Below, piece after piece: positions 26,573-39,700 of a DNA stretch of 56,928 bases (its first letter is position 1; every line of letters starts with the position of its first letter). This DNA is from a virus (Duplodnaviria > Caudoviricetes): the IMG/VR virus record IMGVR_UViG_3300026097_000028, positions 1-56,928 of that record; one strand, given 5' to 3'. The notes under the pieces were generated by a model that had not been told where the DNA came from, did no database searches, and saw nothing but the letters and a program-made list of their open reading frames with translations. The position numbers and the translations under genes are program-made.

Positions 26573-29500
26573 ATGGCAACATTAATTCAATCAAAACAAA
26601 TAGAGGGAATTGTAACCGCCTCGGTCATTCAAGGTGATTTTCTAGTAACTGGTGACATCTCCGCATCTATAATTTCTGCATCACGGATTGTTGGTGTAAA
26701 GTATGGTGATATTGAAGGAACTCCTAATTTTGTAGGTGGTAGTGGAATAACTATTACTCAAGTTGGGGATACTTACACCTTTACCAATACTGGTGGTGAT
26801 GGAGTTGATGATGGTATATCCGATGCTGCCAGTATTTTACAAATAAATGCCTATACTGCTTCGAATGATTTAGTAATTCAACGTTTTGAACAAACTACTT
26901 CTTCATTACAAACTCAAATAACAAGTTTAAGTTCTTCACTATCTAATATTGAAGTAGGAACTACTGATTTTAGTGAACTTACTGGTGTACCAACTGGTTT
27001 AGTATCATCTTCCATACAAATTCTTGGTGGAAGTGAGATAGTTAGTGGTTCAGTATTAAGAACACTTGATGGTACCAATGTATTATCGGGTTCTAAAACT
27101 GATATAACTCATTTAAACCAATTTACCTCATCTATACAATCTCAAGTTGATGAATTAATCTTATCATCTTCAACTTTTATAACATCTGAAACAGATTCAC
27201 AAACATTAACCATTGTAGGTGACCAACTTACTATTTCAGATGGTAATACAATTACCATACCGACTGGTTCAAGTGGTGGTGTTTCTTCGTGGAATGAACT
27301 AACAGATATTCCAAGTGGATTAGTAAGTGGTTCTTATGTAGAATCTTTACCAAGTGGATTGGTATCCTCATCCGAACAAGTATTAGGTGGTAGTGGTATC
27401 CTAAGTGGTTCACGTACTGATATATCATCTCTAAACGATTTTACTTCATCATACTTAACTGATTCAGCATCTTTCGATACAAGAATTAGTAATATTGGTG
27501 ACCATGTTAATATTAGTAATCTAAATCAGTTTACTCAATCGGCTGAAAGTAGATTATCTGAATTAGAATCCCAAACTGGTTCATACCTAACATCTGAAAC
27601 CGATAACCAAACTCTTACTATTGTTGGTGACCAATTAACAATATCCGATGGTAATACTATTACTATACCAACGGGTAGTAATGTAACCTTACCAAGTGGA
27701 TTAGTATCATCTTCAGACCAAATTTTGGGTGGAAGTGGTATTCTTAGTGGTTCTCATACTGATATATCTCATTTAAATCAATTCACTTCTTCGGTACAAA
27801 CTGAAATAGATGGATTATCTGCACAAACTTCATCTTACTTAACTGAATTACCATCTGACTTAGTTAGTGGTTCAGTATTAAGAACATTGGATGGAACTGA
27901 TGTATTGAGTGGTTCTATTTTACCAGGTACTGGTATTACAATCAATTCATCGAGTGGTGATTATGTAATAACTTCTATTGGTAGTGATGGTGATACTTCA
28001 TTTGATGGTAACCGAGAAGTAACCAATACTTTATTAGGAGATTTATTCTCACAATCCTATAACGCAGGCACAAGTGGTTCGATACAAGATTTCTTAAATG
28101 AAATGTTCTTCCCATCTTATGCACCAACTGCAACCTTTAGTACTCAGACAAGTAATTTAAATACCAACTTAACCGCTGATGGTACGATAATCGAAACAAT
28201 TTCTATAACCGATACCGTTGATGATTCTCCATATGTGGTAACAATAAGTGGTGATAGTTCTGATGCATTTAGAGTAGTACCAACCAACGCAGCTTCATCT
28301 TCGTGGGAAATCCAATCAGTTGATAATTTAACTGCTGGTACTTTCACTTATGATATAGTTGTAACTGATAAAAATAATGCTTCACGTACATATAGTAGTA
28401 GAAGTATTGAGATTTTACAAGCAAGTAGTGGAACTTTATCAACAACTGGAACTTTATACGTAATCGAATCAGCAACATCTGGTCAAATTTATTTAGGTTC
28501 AAATGGTAGAAGTGGAGCTCAAGGTGGGGTAAGTGTTTCTTACTCACCAAACTATGGTACTCAAGTTGCACAAAACTTTACTTCATCTAACCCACTTATC
28601 TCGATTGCATCAACTGGTTTATTATCTGTTGGTTCTCCAATTAGTGGTAGTGGAAATGTAAGTGGTGATGTTATTACAAGTACAATTAGTTGGGTAGACC
28701 AATATGGAAATAGTAGTACAGATGATATTTCAGTTAATGTAACTCAAAATAACGCACCTGATATTGTATTTACTAACTCGACAAGTAACTTAAATACCAA
28801 TAATGCTAAATTAGGTGGTGGAACTTTGGTAACAATTTCTTTTAGTGATACTGAAAGTGATTCAATCAATCATGATTCGTTCCAATTCACAGATACAAGT
28901 GGTCAATTAACCACAACTAAAAGTGGTAATTCATATTTAGTAACTGCTAACTCTAATTTAAGTGGTTCAACAACATATACTATTGGTACAACAATTGAAG
29001 ATGTACATGGATTCCGTTCTAATACCGAATCTCATTCATTTACTATTACAGAATCATCTAATGGTGAATTGAATGGAGATACTACAATTTATGTTATAGA
29101 ATCTGCTTTTAGTAATTATGTATTTAGAGATGCTACTGGTTTTGGTGCAGGAAATGTTGCACAAGTAGGTGTTACATACTCACCATCGGCAGGAGGACAG
29201 AGTGTACAATCATTTAGTTCTTCTAATCCAGCAATATTAATTAATTCAAGTGGTAATATGACCCTTGGTGTTGATTTGAGTGGTTCTACTACACAAAGTG
29301 GTGATACTATTGAAACTTTGATTACTTTCCAAGACCAATATGGAAATATCGGTAGTGGTTCAGTAACTGCAAATGTTTTTGCTAACAATGCACCTTCAGT
29401 AACCTTTGTAGCTACTTCAAATTATGATACCGATGATGCTACTTCAAATTCTAACGCGGGTGTAATTACAATTTCAGATACAGAATCCAACTCACCATAT

Positions 29501-30262
29501 AACGTAACCCTTGGTGGAACGGATGGTGGTATGTTTATCGCAGTTCCTCAAAACTCGGTATCATCATCGTGGCAAGTACAACCTACGGGTTCGTTAACCG
29601 CTGATACCTATTCAATCGATATAACTGCTACGGATAACTATGGTGAAACTTCAACTTTATCTAACAAATCAATTATAGTTGATGAGGTAGTTTCGGGTGG
29701 AACTGTTTATGTTTACAACGTAGGTCACCAAGCAAATAATATATTATTTAATTTAGGTATAGAATCAATTGATGGTTCTACTCCTGCTAATGTAACTACA
29801 TATGATGGATATGGGTTCTTGGAACAAATTGAAGATGGTACATTGGGTGATTCTTCATTTACATATGATTGGGGTGGTACTAAAACTGCAACTTTAGTTG
29901 CAAGTGGTAATGGTTCGGATGTTCATTCGGTACTACAAGCTATGGGTGATATTTCACATACCAATTCAAATGCACTTGCAATTATAATACCATCTGATTT
30001 AGGAATGAATGGAGTACCAACTTCTATGACAGATGGATATGGTGATAATACACTTGGTAGATATGTTCTTGAAGTTGGATTAAATGGTGGAACTCCTGAT
30101 GGACTTAACACTATTGAACCATCAACAATATATTCGGTAACATTGGGTAGTAATGTAAATGGTACATCAAACTATTATGTAATTTCAACCATTGGAGCGG
30201 TAGCACCAGGAACATCAGTAAACTTTGCACTTAATTCAGCAAGTGGTTCTGGTGGAGTTTAA
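26573..30262 (+). CDS. Large Ser/Thr/Gly-rich virion fibre/decoration protein with cadherin/Ig-like repeats
   Basis: N-terminal SGS repeats; duplicated TSETDxQTLTIVGDQLTISDGNTITIPTGS; repeated NNAP..F...SDTES..Y modules. Confidence 0.65.
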   Translation: MATLIQSKQIEGIVTASVIQGDFLVTGDISASIISASRIVGVKYGDIEGTPNFVGGSGITITQVGDTYTFTNTGGDGVDDGISDAASILQINAYTASNDLVIQRFEQTTSSLQTQITSLSSSLSNIEVGTTDFSELTGVPTGLVSSSIQILGGSEIVSGSVLRTLDGTNVLSGSKTDITHLNQFTSSIQSQVDELILSSSTFITSETDSQTLTIVGDQLTISDGNTITIPTGSSGGVSSWNELTDIPSGLVSGSYVESLPSGLVSSSEQVLGGSGILSGSRTDISSLNDFTSSYLTDSASFDTRISNIGDHVNISNLNQFTQSAESRLSELESQTGSYLTSETDNQTLTIVGDQLTISDGNTITIPTGSNVTLPSGLVSSSDQILGGSGILSGSHTDISHLNQFTSSVQTEIDGLSAQTSSYLTELPSDLVSGSVLRTLDGTDVLSGSILPGTGITINSSSGDYVITSIGSDGDTSFDGNREVTNTLLGDLFSQSYNAGTSGSIQDFLNEMFFPSYAPTATFSTQTSNLNTNLTADGTIIETISITDTVDDSPYVVTISGDSSDAFRVVPTNAASSSWEIQSVDNLTAGTFTYDIVVTDKNNASRTYSSRSIEILQASSGTLSTTGTLYVIESATSGQIYLGSNGRSGAQGGVSVSYSPNYGTQVAQNFTSSNPLISIASTGLLSVGSPISGSGNVSGDVITSTISWVDQYGNSSTDDISVNVTQNNAPDIVFTNSTSNLNTNNAKLGGGTLVTISFSDTESDSINHDSFQFTDTSGQLTTTKSGNSYLVTANSNLSGSTTYTIGTTIEDVHGFRSNTESHSFTITESSNGELNGDTTIYVIESAFSNYVFRDATGFGAGNVAQVGVTYSPSAGGQSVQSFSSSNPAILINSSGNMTLGVDLSGSTTQSGDTIETLITFQDQYGNIGSGSVTANVFANNAPSVTFVATSNYDTDDATSNSNAGVITISDTESNSPYNVTLGGTDGGMFIAVPQNSVSSSWQVQPTGSLTADTYSIDITATDNYGETSTLSNKSIIVDEVVSGGTVYVYNVGHQANNILFNLGIESIDGSTPANVTTYDGYGFLEQIEDGTLGDSSFTYDWGGTKTATLVASGNGSDVHSVLQAMGDISHTNSNALAIIIPSDLGMNGVPTSMTDGYGDNTLGRYVLEVGLNGGTPDGLNTIEPSTIYSVTLGSNVNGTSNYYVISTIGAVAPGTSVNFALNSASGSGGV

Positions 30263-30296
30263 TATATTTATAGTATAATAAGGAGAATAAAATAAT

Positions 30297-30776
30297 ATGC
30301 CAGCGTTTAGTTCAAAATTAGTATTAAGTTCAGCAGCATCAGCATCGGGTATACCTTTAGCAGATGTAGATGCAATCAGAGGTGCGTTTAAGGTATATGA
30401 TACCTATGAACAAATGATAGCTCAGCCTGTATCTCTTATATCTAACAATCAAATTGTTTGGGTACAGGACGCTGAATCTTTGTACAAAGCAACGGTAACA
30501 TATGCAAATCCTCCTTTTTCATTTACTGATTCTGTAACCTGGAATGAATTCAACTTTCCTGGTGGAACTGGTGGAGTGGGTGATATCACGGCAGTAATTG
30601 CTGGAAGTGGTTTAACTGGTACTACTTTTAGTGGTACTGCAACTTTAAATATTGGAGAGGGTGATGGTATCACAGTATCAGCAGATACGGTATCTATTAA
30701 TACTGGTTCGGCACACTTTGAAGATGGTGTAGAAAAAGTTGTAATAGTTACCACTTTAGATGGTGGAGATATATAA
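30297..30776 (+). CDS. Small fibre-associated protein
   Basis: GDITAVIAGSGL..G.ATL motif; C-terminal LDGGDI; promoter 30265 and AGGAG upstream. Confidence 0.6.
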   Translation: MPAFSSKLVLSSAASASGIPLADVDAIRGAFKVYDTYEQMIAQPVSLISNNQIVWVQDAESLYKATVTYANPPFSFTDSVTWNEFNFPGGTGGVGDITAVIAGSGLTGTTFSGTATLNIGEGDGITVSADTVSINTGSAHFEDGVEKVVIVTTLDGGDI

Positions 30777-30904
30777 TAAATAAAATAAGTTTTATACTTA
30801 TATAAGATAAATCACTACATAGTGGTTTTTATAATGGGGCAGATGACTCCGAAATAATCAAGGTTTTCGTAAGACTAATTTTAAAAACAAAATAGGAAAA
30901 AAAC

Positions 30905-33598
30905 ATGGCACAAATTATTAGACACAGAAAAGGGGTCTTGGAAAGTGTTGCATCTGCTACCAAAAGAAAAGCGGAATTACTTGTAGTAACAGGTTCTTCG
31001 GCTGGAGCAATAGACACTGGTCTATTATTCGTTGGTATTGAAGGTGGAGAAGTAACACCATCAAATAAAATATTAACCGGAACAACAACACCAGATTTAA
31101 CTGGAACTTCTTATGATACATCTGTTGATGGTATTCCATTTTATAATACCTCAGAAAATAAATATTACATCCTTAAAAAGGGTGGTAACGTAGAAATACA
31201 AGCAACCGCAAACACGGGTGGAACTGGTATCGTTTCTTCATCAGCACAGATTGATGGATTAGGATTCTTACAAGTTGATGGAGATTCAGTAGTATCTGGT
31301 TCTTCTCAAATTACAATTGGAGATACAACTGGTTTCTCTGCATTCTCTTCTTCATTAAAAGCAACTGATGATGCACAAGATGTAAGATTAGATAATTTAG
31401 AAACTTTCTCATCTTCATTAGGTGATGGTTTTGCAACTGATGCTGAATTATCTGCAGTTTCTGCTGCATTGGATTCTACAATCGATGCATTAACTACCGA
31501 TGAAATTGCTGAAGGTTCTAACCTTTACTTTACTGATGCAAGAGTAAAATTAAAGTTAGATGCTGACGGAGTTATCTCTGGTTCAGAACAAGTACAACTT
31601 GGTGATGTAAGTGGATTTACTACTTATTCATCTTCAGTTGATTCTCGTACTTCTGCATTAGAATCTGCAGTTGGTGAAGGTTCAAACATTGATGGTAGAT
31701 TATCTTCTTTAGAAGTATTCTCTGCATCTGCTGAATCAAATGATACTGAATTATTTGCAACGGCTTCTGACCACGAATCTAAATTAGATGCAATCTTATT
31801 ATCTGCTGATGCTGATAAAGATTCATTTGCTGAAATCGTATCATTGATTAATCAAGTAGATACAACTAACGATGAAGCATTTGCAGCATTTGCTACAGCT
31901 TCAAACGCAGCACAATCAGTACAAGATGGTAGATTATCTGCTTTAGAAGCTGAAACTGGTTCAATCCAATCAGACCAAGATGTTCAAGATGGTAGATTAG
32001 ATGATTTAGAATCATTCTCATCTTCATTGGATGCTAACTTTGAAACAACTGGTAGAGGAATTGCTTCTGGTTCTTCTCAAATTGTATCTTATTTAGATTC
32101 TGAAGATGTTAATTTGGGTGGTATCTCTGGTTCTTCTTTAGATATTACTGGAAACGCTAAGATTGATGGTAACCTTACATTAGGTGGAAACATTACTATT
32201 GGTGATGCAACTTCTGATACTATCGCATTCGGTGGTGAGATTACTTCTGATATGATTCCTTCAGTAAACGATTCTATTGATTTAGGTTCTGCTACTAAGA
32301 AATTGGCTGAAGTACACGCAACTAACTTCTTCGGTACTACTAATGGTACTGTAAACGCAACTAACAACATAGTTTCTTCTTCTGCTGCAACTGCAAACGT
32401 TGAAATGACTGTTTCTAATGGTGTTGTATCTGCTGAACTTAAAGGTGGTGTTGTATCTGGTTCTTCTCAAGTTGTTTCTTTACTTTCTGACCAAGCTACT
32501 GATTTCGGTACTGGTAGAGTAAGTGGTGATAACTTTGGTGATGAGGCAGGTACTTCAACTTTCACAGGTTCATTTAGTGGTGATGGTTCAGGATTAACTG
32601 GTCTTGTATCTGATTTAAGAATTTCAGGTTCAACTGGTAATGATACTATATCTTTACTTAATGACGATTTAACTTTCGCTGGTGGAACTGCAATTGATGT
32701 TGCAGTAACTGATAACACAGTTACAATTAATGCTTCTGATGCTTCTACATCTGCTAAAGGTATCGCTTCTTTCATAGGAGATGATTTCTCAGTAACAAGT
32801 GGTGCAGTTAGTATTAAAGATGGTGGTGTAAGAGCTACTAACTTAAACGCTGATGTTGTTGGAACTGGTGTATCTTTAAATGATGGTGATAACACTATTG
32901 AAGTAGATTATGGTTCAACTGCTGGAACTGCAGTACAAGGTAATACAACTATTTCTGTTAGTGGAACTGCTAACGAAGTAGAGATTACTGGAACAACTTC
33001 TCAAGCTTTAGGTGGTGGAGTTACTTACCAAGTAGGTTTACCTAATGATGTAACAATCGGAAACGATTTAACAACTACTAATGATTTAACGGTTGGTGGA
33101 AATGCAACTATTACTGGAAACCTTTCAGTATTAGGTACAACTACAACTGTTGATTCAACTACTGTACAAATTGGTGATAATGTAATCGAACTTAACTATG
33201 GTGGTGCACAAGACACAGCTGGTTTATTAGTTACTGATTCAACTGCACCAAACACTGCAAGTGGTTCATTAGTATGGAATGGTACAAACGATGTTTGGAC
33301 AGCTGGTCCTTTAGGTTCTGAAAAAGAACTTGCAAGATTAAACGCTGCTCCAACTGCTAACACAGTTCTTAAAGCTGATGCTAATGGATTGTTAGTTGAT
33401 TCCGTATTAACTGATGATGGTACTGATGCTACGTTTAGTGGTGATGTTATCGTTGATGGTTTAACTGCTTCTTCATTCTTATATGCAGATGCTAACAAAC
33501 AATTAACTGCAATCGCACCTTCTAACGCTGGTGATGTAATTCAATGGAATGGTTCATCATTCGTTGCTTCTAACGAACTCGATGGTGGTACATTCTAA
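30905..33598 (+). CDS. Tail/neck fibre protein
   Basis: MAQIIRHRKG start; VSGSSQ and RLxxLE coiled-coil repeats; GNL.V.GTTTTVDS..IGDNVIELN; C-terminal LDGGTF. Confidence 0.7.
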   Translation: MAQIIRHRKGVLESVASATKRKAELLVVTGSSAGAIDTGLLFVGIEGGEVTPSNKILTGTTTPDLTGTSYDTSVDGIPFYNTSENKYYILKKGGNVEIQATANTGGTGIVSSSAQIDGLGFLQVDGDSVVSGSSQITIGDTTGFSAFSSSLKATDDAQDVRLDNLETFSSSLGDGFATDAELSAVSAALDSTIDALTTDEIAEGSNLYFTDARVKLKLDADGVISGSEQVQLGDVSGFTTYSSSVDSRTSALESAVGEGSNIDGRLSSLEVFSASAESNDTELFATASDHESKLDAILLSADADKDSFAEIVSLINQVDTTNDEAFAAFATASNAAQSVQDGRLSALEAETGSIQSDQDVQDGRLDDLESFSSSLDANFETTGRGIASGSSQIVSYLDSEDVNLGGISGSSLDITGNAKIDGNLTLGGNITIGDATSDTIAFGGEITSDMIPSVNDSIDLGSATKKLAEVHATNFFGTTNGTVNATNNIVSSSAATANVEMTVSNGVVSAELKGGVVSGSSQVVSLLSDQATDFGTGRVSGDNFGDEAGTSTFTGSFSGDGSGLTGLVSDLRISGSTGNDTISLLNDDLTFAGGTAIDVAVTDNTVTINASDASTSAKGIASFIGDDFSVTSGAVSIKDGGVRATNLNADVVGTGVSLNDGDNTIEVDYGSTAGTAVQGNTTISVSGTANEVEITGTTSQALGGGVTYQVGLPNDVTIGNDLTTTNDLTVGGNATITGNLSVLGTTTTVDSTTVQIGDNVIELNYGGAQDTAGLLVTDSTAPNTASGSLVWNGTNDVWTAGPLGSEKELARLNAAPTANTVLKADANGLLVDSVLTDDGTDATFSGDVIVDGLTASSFLYADANKQLTAIAPSNAGDVIQWNGSSFVASNELDGGTF

Positions 33599-33620
33599 TT
33601 AGAATATACTTTTTAATACT

Positions 33621-33650
33621 AAACCCTCACAGAAATGTGGGGGTTTTTTT
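33621..33650 (+). terminator. Rho-independent terminator
   Basis: AAACCCTCACA-GAAA-TGTGGGGGTTT followed by a T run. Confidence 0.8.
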
Positions 33651-33752
33651 ATATCTTTTAGTTATTCTATACTTATATAAGTGGTAATGTGATTTTTGGA
33701 ACCACAATTTCAATACATTTATATTTATATGTAATTAATTAGGAAGAATTTA

Positions 33753-36700
33753 ATGGCAGCAATATTAAAATTAAGGAGAGGTACATCTACTCCCACCCTT
33801 GTAGAATCTGAGTTATTTTTTAACCAAAGCGATACTACACTAGAAGTAGGTACATCTTTAACAAATATAACATTAGTAAAAATAGGTGAAAACTCGGGTA
33901 GTATTTCATTTAGCGGTGATATCACCGCATCTAACTTATCACTAAGTGGTAATGCCAATATTAGTGGTAATGTGACCCTTGGTGGTAGTATTTATCTTGG
34001 AGATGGTGATTCGACTGATGAGATTATAGTAAATGCATCTTTAAGTGGTTCTTTAGTACCAGATACTGATGCATTATATGATTTGGGTTCAACTAGTTTT
34101 AGGTATAATAATTTACATGTAGTATCTGCTTCTATTGAAAACTTAATGGTTGGTGGTAGTGGTATTCTTTCTTCTTCTCAACAAATAACTGATTATAATA
34201 TATTCCTTGAAATTAATGGTGATAATGTAGTTAGTGGTTCTTCTCAAATTAATGTAAATAACACACAAAACTTTACTCCATTCTCATCTTCAGTAGATAT
34301 GAGATTGTTTCAGTTAGAAGGATTTAGTTCTTCATTAGATAGTATATATGCAACCGAAGATGAGTTAAATACTGCAACTCAATCTTTATCTGCGTCTATT
34401 ACTATTACCAATGATGAACAAGATGTTCGTTTGGATAATATAGAAACGTTTACCGCATCGCTTGATGTAACTTATGAAGAAATTGCTTCTTCAACGCATA
34501 CATTAGTTAGTGGTTCTTCACAAGTTGATTTAAATGATACACAAAACTTTACTCCATTCTCATCTTCAGTAGATACTCGTTTAGATAAGGTAGAATTTAC
34601 AAGTTCTTTGAATGAAACAAATATAACTGAATTATTTTTTACTACATCTAACCACGAAAGTAGAGTAGTTGATTTAGAATTAACAGGTTCAGACCACGAA
34701 GATAGAATTGATTTATTAGAATCATTCTCATCCTCATTGGATAATACTTTTGTAACTGAAACAGAATTGAATGATGCAACTTCTTCTTTATCTGCATCAT
34801 TAACCGAAACCGATGTTGATTTTGAAAGTAGAATTGATACTTTAGAAACAACTTTTAGTTCTTCAGTAGATTCAAGATTAACTGCACAAGAATTATTTTC
34901 AGAATCATTAGATAGTACATTCCTAAATACCAATGGTGATAATGTTATAAGTGGTTCAGACCAAGTAACTTCTTCATTAGATTTAAGATATTTAGAAATC
35001 AATGGTGATAATGTTATAAGTGGTTCAGACCAAGTAACTTCTTCATTAGATTTAAGATATGAAGAAAAGGCATCTGCTACTCATACTTTAATTAGTGGTT
35101 CAACTCAATTTACAAATGGAAGTGGAATACTTTCTTCTTCAAACGAAAACTTTACAACTTTCTCATCTTCAATTGATGATAGAGTTAATATAATTGAAAC
35201 AACTTTCTCAACTTCGGTAGATTTGAGATTAGATGAGATAGAAACAACTTTCTCAACTTCGGTAGATGACCAACTTACACAGATACATGCATATACTTCA
35301 TCACTTAAAACTTCAATTGATGTAAGTGGTACTGATTTAATTGTATTAGGAAACTTAACTGTTCAAGGAACTCAAACATCTTTGAATACTACTGAAACCT
35401 TTATTGAAGATAAAACTCTAACAATAGCAAGTGGTTCAACAACATCAGCAGAAGCAGATGGTGCAGGTATTATCATTGATGGTGCAAACAAATCAATTGT
35501 ATGGAATCATACAGAGCAAGTATTTGAATTAAATACGAAAGTATCTTCATCTGTTGGTTTCAAAGGTGATGGTTCTGAGTTAGAAAACGTAACTGCAGTT
35601 GATGTAGAATATCTTAATGTATTAAACAAACCAACATTAGTTAGTGGTTCTTCACAAATTTCATACCCACTAATTTCTAACATACCAAGTGGAATTGTAA
35701 GTGGTTCATCTCAAGTAAACGCAGATTCAATTACTAACTTTGATTCCAATGTAAAAGATAAAATGAATCTTGATAATGTAATATCAGGTTCATCTCAAAT
35801 ACTTAATGGTAGTGGTATTCTTTCATCTTCTAACGAAAACTTTACTACCTTTTCAAGTTCAGTAGATAATCGATTAGATACGATAGAAACAACTTTCTCA
35901 TCTTCGGTAGATTCACGATTGGATTTTATTGAAGGAGATTTCTCATCTTCGGTAGATTCACGATTAGAAGCACAAGAAATATTCTCGGCATCATTGGATA
36001 ATGAATTCTTAAACACGAATGGTGATAACGTAGTATCTGGTTCAGAACAAGTAACTTCTTCATTAGATTTAAGATATGAGGAAATTGGTTCATTAACTCA
36101 TACTTTAGTTAGTGGTTCATCTCAGATTGATGTAACTCAAACTAATAACATTGAAACTATTGCAACTACTGGTTCTAATATTTTTATCGGTAACCAAGAA
36201 ATTACAGGTTCAATTAAATCAAGTGGTTCAGTATCATTTGAGGGAATCCCATGGCCATCTATTGGTTCCGAATCTCATATCCTTAAAACCGAACCATATA
36301 CACTAAATTTATTATCTGGTGATAGAATATATGATTACGCTGGAATTGCATTAGAACACTATGAGGAATCCCCTGGTTATTATCATAATTCAATAGCTAT
36401 TTATTCATTTGATAACCATGATACTCCAAGTTATGGTACTGAATTTAATGTAGGTCCATTACGAAATCATATGAGAGTATATCCATCAAGTTCATCTGAA
36501 GTTTTAGATGAATCTCATATGGCTAATATCTCTATTGAAGATTTACAAAATGGTGAAACACGTGGGTTATTTTACGCAGATAATTTACAGATAGGGGTAT
36601 TTAACTCCGAGGCAATTACATTAGGTAATTCATCTTCACATATATACATAAACGGAACTGAACTTGTAACAGATACTCCGATTTCATCATCTAATTTTAT

Positions 36701-39700
36701 ATCGGCATCTTTCTTTATCGGAGATGGTTCTAAATTAGAAAATATTGTAGCATCGGAAATCACATACGAAAATATAACTGGTCTACCAAGTGGAATAGTT
36801 AGTGGTTCTTCACAAATTGATGTAACACAAACAACTAATTATAGTTCAATAAGACAGTATGATAATTCGGATAATACTGCACACTTAAATTCATTGGGTG
36901 TAATTTCTGGTTCAGTTTACTCATCTGATAATCAAGGTATTTTAATCTCAGATATCAATGGAATAGAAACAACAACTGATTTAGGGTTATCAATCACATC
37001 AGAACCAAGTTTTAGTGCAATATCTTTAACTTCATTGGCTGTTGATTTAAGTGAGACTGAATATACTGTATTACTATTGAGTTCATCCAACGAAGTTATT
37101 CAAGGAGAATTAGGTTCTGCTGCATTTTATCACGTATCTAACTCAATAGATGATGGTAACCCATTGGTTCTTGGTAATGCCGGTGCTGTTAAGACTTACG
37201 TAGATGCAAAAATTATTGCTGCATCCGCTGGTGATATTACTGAGGTAAATGCTGGACCTGGACTTGGTGGTGGTTCTACTATTGGAGCTGCAACTTTAAA
37301 TTTAGACACTGGTTCTCAACACTTTATTGAGGGTGTAAATGGTATTGCACCAACTTTACCTGAAGGATTGGTTAGTGGTTCAGACCAAGTAACCCAATCA
37401 TTAGATTTGAGGTATGTAACTAAAGAAGGTGATAATGTAATTAGTGGTTCTCTATTTGTTGAAGATATTGATGATGGACAAGAACGCGTTATATTTGAAG
37501 TTAATAACCGAGAAGCAACTATATTCCAAGTAAATAACGATATCTATGCAACTAATCATGGTGCGGAGATTATAATGAATCTTTCCAATGGATATGGTTT
37601 ACTTGATGGTGATATCACAATTACTGGTGATTTAACTGTAACTGGTACAACTACAACTATCAATACTACTAATTTAAATGTAGAAGATAATGTAATAGAA
37701 CTTAACTATGGTGGTTCTGCTACCAATGGTGGTATTTTAGTAAAAGATACTAATGGTACTCTAACAAGTGGTTCTTTATTGTGGGATAGTACAACTGATT
37801 CTTGGATTGCAGGTCCTTTAGGTTTTGAAACAAGAATCTTAACCACCGCAGATAATGTAATTACTGATTCAAATATTGATTCTAAGATAAAATTAAAATT
37901 AGATAATGATAATGTACATAGTGGTTCTTATTTAGGAACAGCAACTACATCTGATTTAGATGAGGGTATTAATTTATATTATAATGATACTCGTGTAAAG
38001 AATAAGTTAAATAACGATAGTGTTATTTCCGGTTCAACCCAAATTACCAACAATAGTGGTATCCTTTCTTCTTCAAATGAAAACTTTACAGATTTTAGTT
38101 CATCGGTTGATAGTAGATTTGGTGCACTTTCTACTGATTATAATGATTTACAAAATGTTCCAAGTGGAATTGTATCATCATCAACTCAAATATCAAACTT
38201 TAATACTTTCTTAGAAAAAAATAATAATGGTGTAATTAGTGGTTCCGAACAAATTGATGTATATGATATAGATAATTTTATTGTATATTCATCTTCGGTA
38301 GATGCAAGAATTGATTTATTAGAGTCATTCTCATCATCTTTAGATGCAGGATTTGTAACTGAAGCAGAATTAAACACTGCAACTCAATCATTAAAAGAAT
38401 TTGTTGATTTAAAATTAAATAATGATGATGTACATAGTGGTTCTTATTTAGGAACCGCAACTACATCTGATTTAAGTGAAGGTGTTAATTTATATTACAA
38501 TGATAATCGTGTAAAAACTAAATTAGATGCAGATGGTGTAATTAGTGGTTCTACTTTTACCACATTCTCATCTTCGGTAGATGCAAGAATTGATTTATTA
38601 GAATCATTCTCATCATCTTTAGATGCAGGATTTGTAACTGAAGCAGAATTAAACACTGCAACTCAATCATTACAAGATTCTATTGATTTAAAATTAAATA
38701 TAACATCTTATACAACTGATTCTTCATCGTTTGATAGTAGAATTGATTCGTTAGAAGGAGTAACTTCTGAAAACCCACTAACATTTAGTGATACATCTAC
38801 TATTGATTTAACAAGAGTAGGTGATACTATTACCGCAGATGTAATTGGTGGGGTAGTTAGTGGTTCTTCTCAAGTAATTGATATATTGAATTCTTTAAAT
38901 TCATACACATCATCAAATGATACTTTAAATACTACTCAAGATGGTAGATTGGATAGTTTAGAAACATATACTGGTTCAGTTGATTCTTTATATGAAGAAA
39001 AAGCATCCTCTACTCATACATTAGTTAGTGGTTCAACCCAAATTACCAACAATAGTGGTATCCTTTCTTCTTCAAATGAAGATTTCACCACATTCTCATC
39101 TTCAGTAGATACAAGAATTGATTCATTAGAGGGTGATATTCATACCCACGCTAATAAAGCAAACTTAGATACTATAAATCAAGACCTTTCTACAACATCT
39201 AATATAACCTTTGGTGATTTAAATATATTGGGTACCGGTTCATTTGGTACAGATGTAACTATTTATGGTGATTTAACTGTATTGGGTACAGAAACTATAA
39301 TCAATACTACCAACCTTGCTATTCAAGATAATATGATTTATCTAAATAGTGGTTCAATTGTAACTAATCCAGATTTAGGTTGGTCGGGTAACTATAATGA
39401 TGGTGTTTATGCTCACGCTGGTATGTTTAGAGATGCATCTGATAATGGTATCTTTAAAATCTACGATGGATATACTCCTGAACCAGAAGGTGATATTGAT
39501 ACTACACATACTTCATTTAACTTAGCAGATTTACGAGTTAATAACTCATATGTTAATAAAATTGATTTTATGGTTGGTGGAATCTCAAGTGGTTCTATTC
39601 AATCAATTGGAGATGATTTAGGTATTGTATCTAAAGGAGGTATATCACTTGTAACTTCGGGTGGTGGAGATGGTGTATTAATTGATGCAGCTGGTAACAC

